A DNA stretch of 64,000 bases, taken from positions 3,520 to 67,519 of IMG/VR virus record IMGVR_UViG_3300020173_000008; one strand, 5' to 3'. The position numbers were made by a program, and so were the translations under genes. Below, piece after piece: positions 9,246 through 19,600 of the stretch. The notes below the pieces were generated by a model. The model was not told where the DNA came from and ran no database searches. It saw only the letters and a program-made list of their open reading frames with translations. Position 1 is the stretch's first letter; the number at the start of each line of letters is the position of its first letter. The stretch comes from a virus.

Positions 9246-10661
9246 TTAGTATAGGGTGTTGATGATTTCTTGATCACCCTCTTGAATAGGTTCTGGATTG
9301 GTGCTTGTGGGTAGTTCTCTGTTGAGAGAATCCTTCACTCCTTCAATAATCATTCTATGGTGAGAATTTGTATTATCGAAGTCATGACGAATTTTTGTCA
9401 CAAGAAACTTACCATTGTATATTCTATCAAACTTTTCGTTCTCTGTTGTTTTTGTTGATGCGGTATATGGAAGATTGATATCTACTACATCACCAGCCTG
9501 AATATTAGTGCTTCCGTTCACAGTGATTTGTACAGTGAATCCAGTTTTAATTTGTTGCAACTGAGCATTTCTTCTCTGTATCCATTTCTCTGGAGAATTT
9601 GAAGAGAATGGATTTTGGTTGAATTCATCAACAACAGTATTGCTCGATCCAAACCCACTTGTTGGTTGCACAAATGTTCTCGCGGGAAATGAAGAGATAT
9701 TCTTTTTATCTTCTGTAATATAAACACTACTCACAATTGGAAAATCATCCTTATTGTCACCTTGGTATCGGCTGTTCGTTTTTTCAATATGCATTTCATC
9801 TTTAAAATTTGTCATATAGTTATATGTATGTTTTTGATAATTTTTAGAGATGATGTCATGAACATATAATGTAGACGCATATGTACCAGACCTATTTGAA
9901 AGAATAGGATCATGAGCATTCACTATATTGAAACCCAACAGTGCAGAGAAATCTGCTTCGATATCAATCGCACCCTTTTTATTTCTTGTTCCTGCTTTAA
10001 TTTCATAAAACTCTTGTTTGCTCTTTTGTGCATAAAGACTTGCAAGTGATCTAAAATGAAATCCTCTATATGTCTCAAAACACAAGTAGCAGGGATCATT
10101 GTGTTGTTTAGATATGGCCAGATTGGACATGTCTTGAATTAATTCAAAAGGTCTTTTATTTGGGGATATGATTTTTCTGTTATCTGCACTTGGTTCAAGA
10201 TACAATCTTTTCTTGGTGCCAAGATGGTCTTGAAACACTTTCTTGACAATATCTGTGGAACTACCAGTGAGGGTGCGGTTAACTCTCACTCTCTCATTGA
10301 CTAACGCCTCTCTGGATGAGAAGGAAATACCATATGCCTGAACACCATTACCCATATCTTGACGAGCAATGATTTTATTGACAAAAAGTGCGTTTTCTGT
10401 AAAATCTATAATTCTACTTTTATCCGTGTCAGACGCAGTTGCAATTTTTAATTTTAGATACTCTTGTCCAATCAATGGAAACATTGATGACAGGTTGACC
10501 GAATCGGCAACCATCATCATTCCAGACAACGTACTTTTAGCGATGTCTTCGAACAAGGTCAAATTCACAATTGCATAGTCAATATCAACTGTCTGTCCAG
10601 ATGATGAAATGAGTTGTGAATACTGTATCTCAAACTGTCCTGCCTGGTAAATCTCAGACAC
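9246..10661 (-). CDS. Putative baseplate hub/tail protein
   Basis: 471 aa directly downstream of gp53; FETYRGFHFRSL, G.FLVTKIRH motifs typical of hub/late-control-D-like proteins. Confidence 0.6.
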   Translation of the reverse strand: MSEIYQAGQFEIQYSQLISSSGQTVDIDYAIVNLTLFEDIAKSTLSGMMMVADSVNLSSMFPLIGQEYLKLKIATASDTDKSRIIDFTENALFVNKIIARQDMGNGVQAYGISFSSREALVNERVRVNRTLTGSSTDIVKKVFQDHLGTKKRLYLEPSADNRKIISPNKRPFELIQDMSNLAISKQHNDPCYLCFETYRGFHFRSLASLYAQKSKQEFYEIKAGTRNKKGAIDIEADFSALLGFNIVNAHDPILSNRSGTYASTLYVHDIISKNYQKHTYNYMTNFKDEMHIEKTNSRYQGDNKDDFPIVSSVYITEDKKNISSFPARTFVQPTSGFGSSNTVVDEFNQNPFSSNSPEKWIQRRNAQLQQIKTGFTVQITVNGSTNIQAGDVVDINLPYTASTKTTENEKFDRIYNGKFLVTKIRHDFDNTNSHHRMIIEGVKDSLNRELPTSTNPEPIQEGDQEIINTLY

Positions 10662-11188
10662 TAAACTACACTCCTATTGATCAAATCATTAAACTGGTCT
10701 ACAAATTCACTAAGGTATGAAGGGTCCAGTAGTCTTATTCTTCGCAAACTGTCTTGCTGTTCCTGTTCGAATTCTAGATTTGTAATTGGAGTTGCAGATG
10801 GGTAATCTGTATTGTCTGTCCCAATGTCAATTTTTATAGTGGTATCACCAGATGTTTGGAAAATTTCATAATGGTGAATTCCATCCACATTCGAATACTT
10901 ATTTTTAACGTGTGCGAGAAACTGGCGTCTGCTCATAGGCCATTGATGATATCGGTCAACAATGTCATTCATCAACAGAACTACCCAGTGATACTCACTG
11001 TCACCATATAACTTATGTGCGATCATTTCTGGAGTCTCGCCTTCTTTCACATCATATGTATCAAAAAATGCTCTGTTAGTTTTTGCCTTTGAACGAGCAA
11101 CAATGCGTCTTAAAATATTTGTTGCTACTTTGAATTGACCATTACCAACAGCATCGTATGGAATAACTGGAAAAGAATTGAAGTACAT
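10661..11188 (-). CDS. 53: Baseplate wedge subunit gp53
   Basis: MYFNSFP, GETPEMIAHKLYGDSEYHWVVLLMN. Confidence 0.9.
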   Translation of the reverse strand: MYFNSFPVIPYDAVGNGQFKVATNILRRIVARSKAKTNRAFFDTYDVKEGETPEMIAHKLYGDSEYHWVVLLMNDIVDRYHQWPMSRRQFLAHVKNKYSNVDGIHHYEIFQTSGDTTIKIDIGTDNTDYPSATPITNLEFEQEQQDSLRRIRLLDPSYLSEFVDQFNDLINRSVV

Positions 11189-11190
11189 GA

Positions 11191-12324
11191 TTAGTAACCC
11201 TCCTCAACTCTATTGCGATACATGAGTTCGATTTCAGTAAATCTGAGTGTCATCGTTGTTCTTTGTGGTGGTGGTGAACCAGAGGCATCAGGTTCATATG
11301 CAGTATACCTGTCGCCGCCATACTGAACGTCCACGCCAGTTAAGTATGATGTTCCAATTTTGTTTATATGTGAATTCTCTTTATCTCTATACATATATTG
11401 AATATCAAACACATCTGGAATAGACTGTTCTCTAAGATTCTTTGCACCTGCGATTTGACTTTCCCCATATTCTGGAGACATGTGGACTTTAAATAACTTA
11501 ACAATCTCTCTAATTTTTTGAGACTCGGATGCACTTTTTGGAATCATGATAAAGGTGAATTCAAACGACCTTCTACCAATCCCCTCAAACATCACTTCCA
11601 TTCTTGGTGTGATTATCTTACCCCTCTCAAGAGCAACCAACTGAGAAAGGCCGGGTGTGAGGGCATTTGCTGCTCCAATGACTGCTTGTATTCCACCATC
11701 TATCGCAGCATCAACACCTTTTGTTAATACGTCACCAGCTAGGGATTTGGCAGCGCCAAGCTGTCCGCCATATAATTTTTCTGCAATTGCAACTGCACCT
11801 GTTCCAGCTCCCACTAATGCCTCTGCCCTTCTAGTAATTTCTGTCTCTGCATAGTTTGCATTATATGAAACACTAACCTGTGGGGGCATATAGAGTGCTA
11901 TTGACTGCACTATTCTAGTTGACGCTCTCCTAGACATTGTAATACTAGAGTTTGATCCTCTTTGTCTCTGGATTTTTTCTTGTTGTACTGCTTCGATAGA
12001 TTCTTTTGTTGCTCCTTGAATGTTATCAACTATATCATCTACGTCTAGACTTGGTTGTGGTGGATTTGGTTTTACCTTGCCTGGCTCGTTTGTTCTGATA
12101 CCAAATAGAATGTAATGTCCCTGCATTGGATCAATAGCAACGTCATCTGGATAAGATATGATGGGTGATTGTCTAGATTGTGGTGCTAGTCCACCAACTG
12201 CATTTTGTGGATTTGCGCCCTTTAGTCCAGCGGCGATCCCACCAACCACTGAGTTTACCGCACTCCTTGCCATACTGGTTGCTGCAGCCTGTGCAACGTT
12301 TACAAATGCGTCTTTAAGTGCCAT
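11191..12324 (-). CDS. 48: Baseplate tail-tube cap gp48
   Basis: IALYMP, FEGIGRRSFEFTF.MIPKS, L.FTEIE. Confidence 0.85.
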   Translation of the reverse strand: MALKDAFVNVAQAAATSMARSAVNSVVGGIAAGLKGANPQNAVGGLAPQSRQSPIISYPDDVAIDPMQGHYILFGIRTNEPGKVKPNPPQPSLDVDDIVDNIQGATKESIEAVQQEKIQRQRGSNSSITMSRRASTRIVQSIALYMPPQVSVSYNANYAETEITRRAEALVGAGTGAVAIAEKLYGGQLGAAKSLAGDVLTKGVDAAIDGGIQAVIGAANALTPGLSQLVALERGKIITPRMEVMFEGIGRRSFEFTFIMIPKSASESQKIREIVKLFKVHMSPEYGESQIAGAKNLREQSIPDVFDIQYMYRDKENSHINKIGTSYLTGVDVQYGGDRYTAYEPDASGSPPPQRTTMTLRFTEIELMYRNRVEEGY

Positions 12325-12325
12325 G

Positions 12326-12359
12326 TCTAAATATCCTTATACACTTTGAATTATTTATA
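12326..12359. promoter_or_regulatory. Divergent late promoters between gp48 and gp4
   Basis: TATAAATA on the minus strand at 12352-12359; variant TCTAAATA on the plus strand at 12326-12333. Confidence 0.6.
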
Positions 12360-12363
12360 ACGA

Positions 12364-12807
12364 ATGGCATACAAAGGTCGATATACACCAGTGAACCCTA
12401 AAAAGTATAAGGGTGATCCACGCAACATAGTCTACCGCTCCTTATGGGAAAGAAAGTTCATGGTGTACTGTGATAACAGTACGAACATTCTAGAATGGGG
12501 GAGTGAAGAAATCATTATACCCTATTTATCCCCTTGGGACGGACGTATTCACCGATATTTTCCAGATTTCTACATCAAGGTCAAACAGCACGATGGCAGT
12601 GTCAAGAAGATGATCATTGAGATCAAGCCCAAGGTGCAGTGCAAACCACCAAAACAACCCAAGAGAAAGACCCAAAGATATCTAAACGAGGTCAAAACAT
12701 GGGGTGTCAACTCTGCAAAGTGGAAATATGCAAATGAGTGGTGTTTGGATAGAGGTCTGGAATTCAAGATTTTGACTGAAGACGAATTAGGTATCTCGTA
12801 TAAATAA
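12364..12807 (+). CDS. 4: Head completion nuclease gp4
   Basis: YRSLWE, WGSEE, HRYFPDF, IEIKP, N.AKW. Confidence 0.93.
   Translation: MAYKGRYTPVNPKKYKGDPRNIVYRSLWERKFMVYCDNSTNILEWGSEEIIIPYLSPWDGRIHRYFPDFYIKVKQHDGSVKKMIIEIKPKVQCKPPKQPKRKTQRYLNEVKTWGVNSAKWKYANEWCLDRGLEFKILTEDELGISYK
12799..12806 (+). promoter_or_regulatory. T4 late promoter
   Basis: TATAAATA immediately upstream of gp2. Confidence 0.7.
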
Positions 12808-12811
12808 TACT

Positions 12812-13369
12812 ATGGCAGAGAGCAAATACATTCAGTCTGTAAAACAGGCAGCAGGAGAACGTCCACGTTCCACAGAGTGGTACAAGGACAAGATCAAGGA
12901 GTTTGGTACACCAGGCGCACTAGACTTGATTCGTGACGGTAAGCAGGCAACACGCCCATTCTTTGGACGATTGAACATGTTTATCTATGACCCAAAGTTC
13001 AAGAAGACACTTCCATACTATGACACTTTTCCCCTCGTTCTTCCCATCGAAAACTATCCAGATGGATTTCTAGGTATCAATCTACACTACCTACCAATCC
13101 CCCTTAGAATTCGACTGTTGGACAGACTTGTAGACTTCTCAAACAACACAAAATTCGATGAGTCAACCACACTTGATGTTGACTATTCGGCACTAAAGAA
13201 TGTACGGTTAGTTCGTCCTACCATTCACAAGTATCTTGCGGGACAGGTTAAGTCACGGTTTCGTAGAATTGATGCAGACGAGTTTACGATTGCGACACTA
13301 CTACCAGTGCAGAGGTTCAAGAAGGCATCTGCATCAGAGGTATGGAAAGAATCTAGGAGCATGATCTAA
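12812..13369 (+). CDS. 2: DNA end protector gp2
   Basis: YDPKFKKTLPYYDTFPL, GINLHYLP. Confidence 0.92.
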   Translation: MAESKYIQSVKQAAGERPRSTEWYKDKIKEFGTPGALDLIRDGKQATRPFFGRLNMFIYDPKFKKTLPYYDTFPLVLPIENYPDGFLGINLHYLPIPLRIRLLDRLVDFSNNTKFDESTTLDVDYSALKNVRLVRPTIHKYLAGQVKSRFRRIDADEFTIATLLPVQRFKKASASEVWKESRSMI

Positions 13370-14097
13370 TGGCCATTCTACCAAACTTTCTAGAGGGAAC
13401 TGCAATCGGTGTTCTCAATGATGTGCTATCTGCATTTCATTCTAATGAAGGATATGCACAACCAAACCGATATGAGGTAAATCTGTTTCCACCATCAACT
13501 GGTAAGACAGGAGCATCATCGTCATTGATGAACATGTCCGCATCTCTCATGGGTGATCCACAAGGTGGTGGTAATGGTAGAGACGTTGGACTGAGATGTG
13601 AATCAGTAACCCTACCCGGCATCAATCTTGCAACGGCAACAGACTCAAATATCTATGGTCCAACAAGAGATATTGTAGAAGGTGTGACATATGCAGAAGA
13701 GGTCGCAATGACATTTTCAGCAAGTACTGACTTACAAGAAAGAGTATTCTTTGAGACATGGCAGAAGCAGGCATATAACCCAGATACATGGAACGTTGGT
13801 TATTATAAAGATTACGTTGGGACAGTAGAAATTTACCTTCTCGACAAACAAAACCAAAGAAAATATGGACTAAAATTGTGGGATGCATTTCCAAAGAGTA
13901 TTAACGGAAGTGATTTGAGTTATGGCTCATTTAACGAGAACCTAAAAACTACAGTGAACATGTCATTTAGATATTGGACACCACTAGACACAAATGGTCA
14001 AGGACCAAATATTCTAAACAACATTATTGACACCGTTGCAAATGGTGTTTCAAGACAGATACTAAGCAATATACCGAAAGTGCTTCGGAGACTATAA
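13369..14097 (+). CDS. Tail tube initiator/gp54-gp19-like protein
   Basis: AQPNRYEV, CESVTLPG, FFETWQ, DAFPKSI, FRYW. Confidence 0.75.
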   Translation: MAILPNFLEGTAIGVLNDVLSAFHSNEGYAQPNRYEVNLFPPSTGKTGASSSLMNMSASLMGDPQGGGNGRDVGLRCESVTLPGINLATATDSNIYGPTRDIVEGVTYAEEVAMTFSASTDLQERVFFETWQKQAYNPDTWNVGYYKDYVGTVEIYLLDKQNQRKYGLKLWDAFPKSINGSDLSYGSFNENLKTTVNMSFRYWTPLDTNGQGPNILNNIIDTVANGVSRQILSNIPKVLRRL

Positions 14098-14110
14098 AGG
14101 ATGAAATATT

Positions 14111-14815
14111 ATGGCATTACCCAAACTAAAAATTCCAGAGTATGAACTGATTGTACCATCAACACAGGAGAAGATCAAGTATAGACCATTTCTTGTAAAG
14201 GAAGAAAAAATTCTGTTGATGGCAATGGAGAGTGATGAACCAAACAGTGTGAGTAATGCGCTATCGACAATTGTTACAGAGTGTACGTTTGGTTCCGTTG
14301 ATGGTTCCACCGCACCAGTGTTTGATGCAGAGTATATCTTTCTACAGGTGCGATCAAAATCTGTTGGTGAAACTGCAACGTTAAGTGTTGTTTGCCCTGA
14401 TGATGGAAAGACCAGAGTTGATGTGACGATTGATTATAGTGAAGTTGGTGTTCAGATGAGCGTTGACCACACCAATGAAATTCAACTGACTGATGACATT
14501 AAGATGTTTATGAGGTATCCAACACTTAGAAGTCTGAGTGGTTACGATGAAGAGAACGAGACTGAGAGTACACTGAAGATGATGCAGACTTGTGTTGATG
14601 AAATTCATTTTGGTGATGATGTTTATAAAAGGGTTGATATGTCAGATAAAGAACTTTCTGAATTCTTTGACGACATGACGACAGAAATGTTTGGTAAGGT
14701 ACAAGATTTTTTTACGACTATGCCAAAGTTGCGTCATATTTTGGATATCAAAAATCCAAAGACGAAGAAGAAGAGTGAGTATATGCTGGAGGGACTGGCA
14801 GATTTTTTTATCTGA
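14111..14815 (+). CDS. 26: Baseplate hub subunit gp26
   Basis: MALPKL..P.YEL, YRPFLVKEEKILL, RSKSVGE, LEGLADFF. Confidence 0.92.
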   Translation: MALPKLKIPEYELIVPSTQEKIKYRPFLVKEEKILLMAMESDEPNSVSNALSTIVTECTFGSVDGSTAPVFDAEYIFLQVRSKSVGETATLSVVCPDDGKTRVDVTIDYSEVGVQMSVDHTNEIQLTDDIKMFMRYPTLRSLSGYDEENETESTLKMMQTCVDEIHFGDDVYKRVDMSDKELSEFFDDMTTEMFGKVQDFFTTMPKLRHILDIKNPKTKKKSEYMLEGLADFFI

Positions 14816-14817
14816 GT

Positions 14818-15003
14818 ATGTCATACATGTCTGTTAAAAATTATTACAAAACAAATTGGAGTATGATGTACCACCACAAGTTTAGTTTGAGTGAAATAGA
14901 AGATATGATGCCTTTTGAGAGAGATATTTACGTTGGTCTTACAGTCAATCATCTTCAAGAAGAAGCTGAGAGATTAGAACAAGAGAGTAATAGAAGGAAG
15001 TAA
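14818..15003 (+). CDS. 51: Baseplate hub assembly protein gp51
   Basis: YYKTNW.MM.HHKFSLSEIEDMMPFERDIY, directly after gp26. Confidence 0.85.
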   Translation: MSYMSVKNYYKTNWSMMYHHKFSLSEIEDMMPFERDIYVGLTVNHLQEEAERLEQESNRRK

Positions 15004-15004
15004 A

Positions 15005-16801
15005 ATGGCACAAGACGATTTAGAATTTATTAGAGCAGTTAGAGCACTAGATGAAGCATCTAAAAGATTAAATGCGGGTGCTGACAAATTGTTTGATGGT
15101 CAAAAACTGACTGATAAGGTCTTTGATAAATTTGGTCTTGGTCAAGCAAGAGATTTCCAGAAGAAGGCAAGTGAGTTTCTTAATCAGAGAAAACTTAGAA
15201 GAGAACAAGAACGTGAAGTTCGTCAAAGATTGGGTGGTAAAGACCCAATCAGTAAGGCAACATTCAAACAACTCAAAAAAGAAGCAGAACTCACAAAGAA
15301 GAAAGAGGCAGTTGATGCTGCATTCAAGAGTTTTGTGGAAACTAATCTAGGACTGAACGAGCAACTTCTAGATGAGATACGTTATAGACAAAATCTTAAG
15401 GAAGACAAGGCGGGTAATCTTAGGGGTGAAAAGGGAAGGTTTGTATCTACACCAGAGAATTTTCTTAAGAAAACAGTAGATGAGTCAGCGTTCAACAGAC
15501 AATTTGTTGATAAGATGGGTTTTGCAAAACAAAACATAGATGCTAAAAGTCCCGGCGACAAGAACCGTGCTGCTGAAGAAGAGCGAAGAAGTGACCAACA
15601 AGCATTTGAAATGGAAAAGACTGAGAGTACCAATGAGATTCTCAGAGATATCCTTGCAGCATTAACTGATAATTCACCACTCAAAAAAGACAAGAAAAAC
15701 AACAGTGGTCTTCTTGCGGGATTAGGTGCGGGTGCAGGATTGGCAAACTTACTTAAAAGTCTTGGTAAACTAGGTAAATTTCTCCTCTTAGGTAGTCCCC
15801 TGTTGCTAGGATTAGGTGCTCTCACATACGGACTCTCTGAACTAAGTGACATGGCAGACAAGGTTACTAAAGAGGTTGTTAATAATACAAAAAAACAAAC
15901 AAATGCAATTGAGGAGGCAAAGACCGCAAAGCAAGCACAGGAAGCAATAGTAGGGAAAGAGAATCGAAAACTTGAACAAGAGCGGAAACGACAGCGTGAC
16001 ACGATCACAAGCAAAGCAGAAACGGAAGCTCTACTTCAATCAGGTGCAGATAGGGGGAAAGCAACACTTGAGGCAGCAGAGAAATTTGAATTCGTTAAAA
16101 ATTCACAATCCTTTAACGATATAATTAAAAATACTGCAATGGTGCTTAACGCAGCAAGAGACGCATCAATCAGAGATGGTAATACCATTGAGGCAAGATA
16201 CGCATCATTTGATAAAGTTCTTGCAGAGACAATTGTAAAGATTAAAGGGTCTAAGACATTTTTGGATGCAGATGAAAAGACTCAAGATTTTATGATTCAA
16301 CAGGTGGTCGCACAGGCAAACAAGGCACTTGTTGGTGCAGGCAATAAAAGTGTTTTACTCTCTGGTCTAGACCCAGAAGCAATGAAGGGTCAGGCAGCAA
16401 TAGAAACCAAAAGGGCAAGGGCCATGGCTGCGTTAGTGGGCGGTAGAGGTAAGTTTGCAGAAGAAGGGTTTGGGTATCTTAGTGATCAACTTGGTGGTGG
16501 TCGTAATATATTCTCAAAAAGTCAGGTAGAATCACTGGAAGCAAGAGTCGCAGAAGCAAGAAAAGATGCAGAGAAGGAAACTTGGTACGAAAGGAATATT
16601 GGTTCTAATCAAGGTGATATTGATAAGTTAAATACTCTCACACAAGAGTTGGCAAGATTGAGAGATGCAATTGCAACAGTTGGTAGTAATACAGTTGTTG
16701 CACCAAACAATAGCGTAAACACTGTTAACAATAGCAGTGCAACTGTATCCACACCAATTCATATAACTGATCCAAATACAGAGTATCAGAGATCGCATTA
16801 A
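15005..16801 (+). CDS. Tape-measure/gp29-like helical protein
   Basis: 598 aa, helical, central hydrophobic segment, N/S/T-rich C-terminus; position after gp51. Confidence 0.55.
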   Translation: MAQDDLEFIRAVRALDEASKRLNAGADKLFDGQKLTDKVFDKFGLGQARDFQKKASEFLNQRKLRREQEREVRQRLGGKDPISKATFKQLKKEAELTKKKEAVDAAFKSFVETNLGLNEQLLDEIRYRQNLKEDKAGNLRGEKGRFVSTPENFLKKTVDESAFNRQFVDKMGFAKQNIDAKSPGDKNRAAEEERRSDQQAFEMEKTESTNEILRDILAALTDNSPLKKDKKNNSGLLAGLGAGAGLANLLKSLGKLGKFLLLGSPLLLGLGALTYGLSELSDMADKVTKEVVNNTKKQTNAIEEAKTAKQAQEAIVGKENRKLEQERKRQRDTITSKAETEALLQSGADRGKATLEAAEKFEFVKNSQSFNDIIKNTAMVLNAARDASIRDGNTIEARYASFDKVLAETIVKIKGSKTFLDADEKTQDFMIQQVVAQANKALVGAGNKSVLLSGLDPEAMKGQAAIETKRARAMAALVGGRGKFAEEGFGYLSDQLGGGRNIFSKSQVESLEARVAEARKDAEKETWYERNIGSNQGDIDKLNTLTQELARLRDAIATVGSNTVVAPNNSVNTVNNSSATVSTPIHITDPNTEYQRSH

Positions 16802-16805
16802 AAAT

Positions 16806-16832
16806 AAAGGGGGGAACCACATTCCCCCCTTT
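16806..16832. terminator. Bidirectional intrinsic terminator
   Basis: AAAGGGGGGAA-CCACA-TTCCCCCCTTT between converging genes. Confidence 0.8.
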
Positions 16833-16838
16833 ACTCAG

Positions 16839-17744
16839 TTACTCGTTTGCGAGTTTTTCAAAATAAGACATTGCATCATCGTCGTCTTCCTCTGACACAG
16901 TAGGTGCTGGTGCATCCTTAAAGAACTCTGGTGCAGGAGCAGTATCAACCTTTGGTTCTGCAACTGGTGCATCTTCCATAATATCTACTGCCTTACCAAC
17001 TGTTACTGTACCGGCAAGAACTGCATCGAGCCGTGCCTTAAGTTCGTCATATGACTTAAAGGCAGAAGGTGCAGTGAAGTCAGCAAGTGAATGCTCCGTC
17101 TTCCACAGTGCCTCAATCTCCTCATCATTGTCGAACAGGGCAGATGGGTCTGCAAACTCTGACTTGTCATAGTTCCAGTATCCATCTACCTTGCGAAGCT
17201 TCAACTTGAAGTTCGCACCTTCCCAGAAGTCAAAGGGGTTGACAGGAGTTTCATCTTGGAATGCGGGCTGCATTGCCTCCATGATCTTGTCGAAGATTTT
17301 CTTACCGTAACGGTAGAGGAAAATCTTACCCTCGTTCTGAGGATTTGCAGGGTCTTCTACAACATAGATGTTGGAGTAGTACTGCAACTTACGCTTCTGC
17401 TTCCGTGCAATCTCCTTATCGGACTCAACACCTGAGTTCCAGAGTTTGGAGTTGTACTCTGACACAGGGTCATTCTGACCCACAGTGGTGAGAGAGTTCT
17501 CAATGTACCACTGACCTGTTGGACCTTGGAACGCATGGTTCCAGACCTTTGCCCAAGGCATGTCCTCACCCTCTGGTGCGGGAAGGAAACGAATGACTGC
17601 GTATCCGTTACCAGACTTATCCATGACTGGCTTCCAGAGACGTTCATCAACGTAAGACTTCTTTTCTTGAGGGGCAGACTCTTTCTGGGCAGCACCCAGC
17701 AGTGAGTCAAGACTGTTCTGTTTCTTCAATGCCGCAAGTGACAT
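16839..17744 (-). CDS. 32: Single-stranded DNA-binding protein gp32
   Basis: DKSGNGYAVIRFLP, WYIENSLTT, GKKIFDKI, NYDKSEF, acidic tail. Confidence 0.95.
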   Translation of the reverse strand: MSLAALKKQNSLDSLLGAAQKESAPQEKKSYVDERLWKPVMDKSGNGYAVIRFLPAPEGEDMPWAKVWNHAFQGPTGQWYIENSLTTVGQNDPVSEYNSKLWNSGVESDKEIARKQKRKLQYYSNIYVVEDPANPQNEGKIFLYRYGKKIFDKIMEAMQPAFQDETPVNPFDFWEGANFKLKLRKVDGYWNYDKSEFADPSALFDNDEEIEALWKTEHSLADFTAPSAFKSYDELKARLDAVLAGTVTVGKAVDIMEDAPVAEPKVDTAPAPEFFKDAPAPTVSEEDDDDAMSYFEKLANE

Positions 17745-17753
17745 ATCTTTCTC

Positions 17754-17781
17754 CTTATGTTAACGTATGTTTTCGTATGTT
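17754..17781 (-). repeat. Three AACATA(C/A)G repeats in the gp32 leader
   Basis: AACATACG-AA-AACATACG-TT-AACATAAG with 10-nt period, running into the SD AAGGAG. Confidence 0.6.
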
Positions 17782-18640
17782 AAAGTATATTTAATTTATC
17801 ACAAAGACTGTTCTTTGTCAAGTAACTTAGATTATTAAATTTGCCGTGTTGGTCTGTTAGAAAAAACTCTTCTTGACCAAAGCGGTCAACAGGATCAACC
17901 CAATAGAATTTAACATCCTTATACTCTGTAAAAACAGTTTGCATCTGGTTAATCCAGTTAACTGGATTAAATCCTTTTGCATCACTTGACAGATAATTAT
18001 CTGTCCCTTTATATATGTTGTTCAACGGCTCATCATATGACGATAGGTCAAACCCCACTATATAAACTTCATTCGCACCCTCTTGACAAGCAAGGTGTAG
18101 TGCGGTATTACCAGCAGACCACCCAACAGGGTAGTCAATACTATTTATTCCATCATCCTCTTTAACGTATGTAATCCAAATGCCAACGTCCTTCTCCATC
18201 TTTGCACGAAGGTCTTTCATGTTGAGGTCTGGATTCATCTTCATTGCAACCTCAATCTTCTCCTGTAATGTAACAGGGTCTTTACCTGAGATGACACATT
18301 GCTCTGTGTGGTTGCCCACCCTTTCTGTTTTGTGAATGAAAGACTCTGGTATGTCATATCCCATGAACATCATATCTGCGATCTCGGCGGGGACAGGACT
18401 CCAGTTTGTAAAGTGAAACCTCATCGTGTCACCTGTAGTGAACTGGCCCTCTAATAAATCAGAAGTGTAAATCTCTTGTTGCATGGGGTAGTCTACTGCG
18501 ACTAAATTATCCACCCACATATCACGATAGATTGCATTGCACCCCCAAGTAACTACGTCCTTATCATTTCTATCAAAAGTAGTAACATTCTCTGCCCACT
18601 TTCTAGACTCCCCGTTACCAAATACGACTGCTTTACTCAT
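17780..18640 (-). CDS. Hypothetical protein, DUF115/Maf-like glycosyltransferase-related fold
   Basis: VFGNGESR, GCNAIYRD, SAGNTALHLA, IVGFDL. Confidence 0.55.
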   Translation of the reverse strand: MSKAVVFGNGESRKWAENVTTFDRNDKDVVTWGCNAIYRDMWVDNLVAVDYPMQQEIYTSDLLEGQFTTGDTMRFHFTNWSPVPAEIADMMFMGYDIPESFIHKTERVGNHTEQCVISGKDPVTLQEKIEVAMKMNPDLNMKDLRAKMEKDVGIWITYVKEDDGINSIDYPVGWSAGNTALHLACQEGANEVYIVGFDLSSYDEPLNNIYKGTDNYLSSDAKGFNPVNWINQMQTVFTEYKDVKFYWVDPVDRFGQEEFFLTDQHGKFNNLSYLTKNSLCDKLNIL

Positions 18641-19298
18641 TCACAAATTCCTGTATCATGGGGAAGATGGGTGCAATTGCAACTGCACACTCTCTGGCAA
18701 TCTCCATGTGTTCTTTCTGCGTTCCATGACCACTGCGAAGCTCGATGAAATGCACCCATGAACGAAGAGTACCATTCATATACATGCGTGACATGGTAAG
18801 ACCCTCTGGTAGAACTGCACGAGCCTGTTCTTTTGCAATACCCTTACTGATTGCCCAGTTGTATGCAGAACGTGCGTCCTCAATCACCATCTCCTGTAGA
18901 GTGTCCCATTCCTCTTGTAGTTTGGGGTCGTCAATCTCTACACTATTCTGACGGTTCTTCTCGTCCTGTAGACGAGCTTCTCTGGTAACGAATTCCAAAT
19001 CCTTAGTCGGGTCTGCATAACGCTGACTGAACTCTTGAAAAGAGAACGAGCGGTGACGCAATACCTGTCGTCCAATATCTCGTGTTGTCTCAATCTCAAT
19101 ACACGCACTAACCATCTCTAGAGGTGACCAGTGCTTGTGTTTAATAAGATATCTAACCAATTTCTCGGCGGTATCTCTATTCAACTGATTAGAGGGATTA
19201 GATACACGGGCACAATATGCAATAAGGTCTTGTGCGGTATCTATACCAATGAACCCTTCTTTGGGTACTTGTGAATGTGATATAAGTTTTACTGTCAT
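18633..19298 (-). CDS. thyX: Flavin-dependent thymidylate synthase
   Basis: H.SPLE, RHRSFSFQEFSQRY, AKEQARAVLP; start set at MTVKLISH. Confidence 0.95.
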   Translation of the reverse strand: MTVKLISHSQVPKEGFIGIDTAQDLIAYCARVSNPSNQLNRDTAEKLVRYLIKHKHWSPLEMVSACIEIETTRDIGRQVLRHRSFSFQEFSQRYADPTKDLEFVTREARLQDEKNRQNSVEIDDPKLQEEWDTLQEMVIEDARSAYNWAISKGIAKEQARAVLPEGLTMSRMYMNGTLRSWVHFIELRSGHGTQKEHMEIARECAVAIAPIFPMIQEFVNE

Positions 19299-19326
19299 TG
19301 TTATTTCAATAATTCCTCGTTTAGAA

Positions 19327-19402
19327 TGGTGCCGCTGAGAAGATTCGAACTCCTGACCCATTGATTACAAATCAATTGCTCTACCAACTGAGCTACAGCG
19401 GC
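19327..19402 (-). tRNA. tRNA-Thr(UGU)
   Basis: 76-nt cloverleaf GCCGCTG...CAGCGGC-A-CCA, anticodon loop TT-TGT-AA. Confidence 0.95.
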
Positions 19403-19411
19403 ACTCTCTCC

Positions 19412-19600
19412 CTACTTTCGGTTACGATTATCCCGATTGTTGTTTGGACGACGATTGTTACGCATCATCGCCATTTCTGCAACTCTCTCTGAGAGTTCAC
19501 CATTCTTCTTGGTGAGTTCTGCATTATCCCACTGCAATGCCTTCACAGTGTTCTGGAGTTCGGCAACCTTTGCCTCAAAAAAACCTTCAACACGATCCAT
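19412..19600 (-). CDS. Small coiled-coil hypothetical protein
   Basis: MDRVEGFF..., heptad pattern. Confidence 0.6.
   Translation of the reverse strand: MDRVEGFFEAKVAELQNTVKALQWDNAELTKKNGELSERVAEMAMMRNNRRPNNNRDNRNRK

Noticed and set aside
19299-19361. ORF-track extension of thyX into tRNA-Thr, a possible second tRNA/CDS overlap
   Set aside because: ThyX homology begins at MTVKLISH with a GAGG SD upstream. The extra ATG inside the tRNA is incidental and no conserved block lies upstream.
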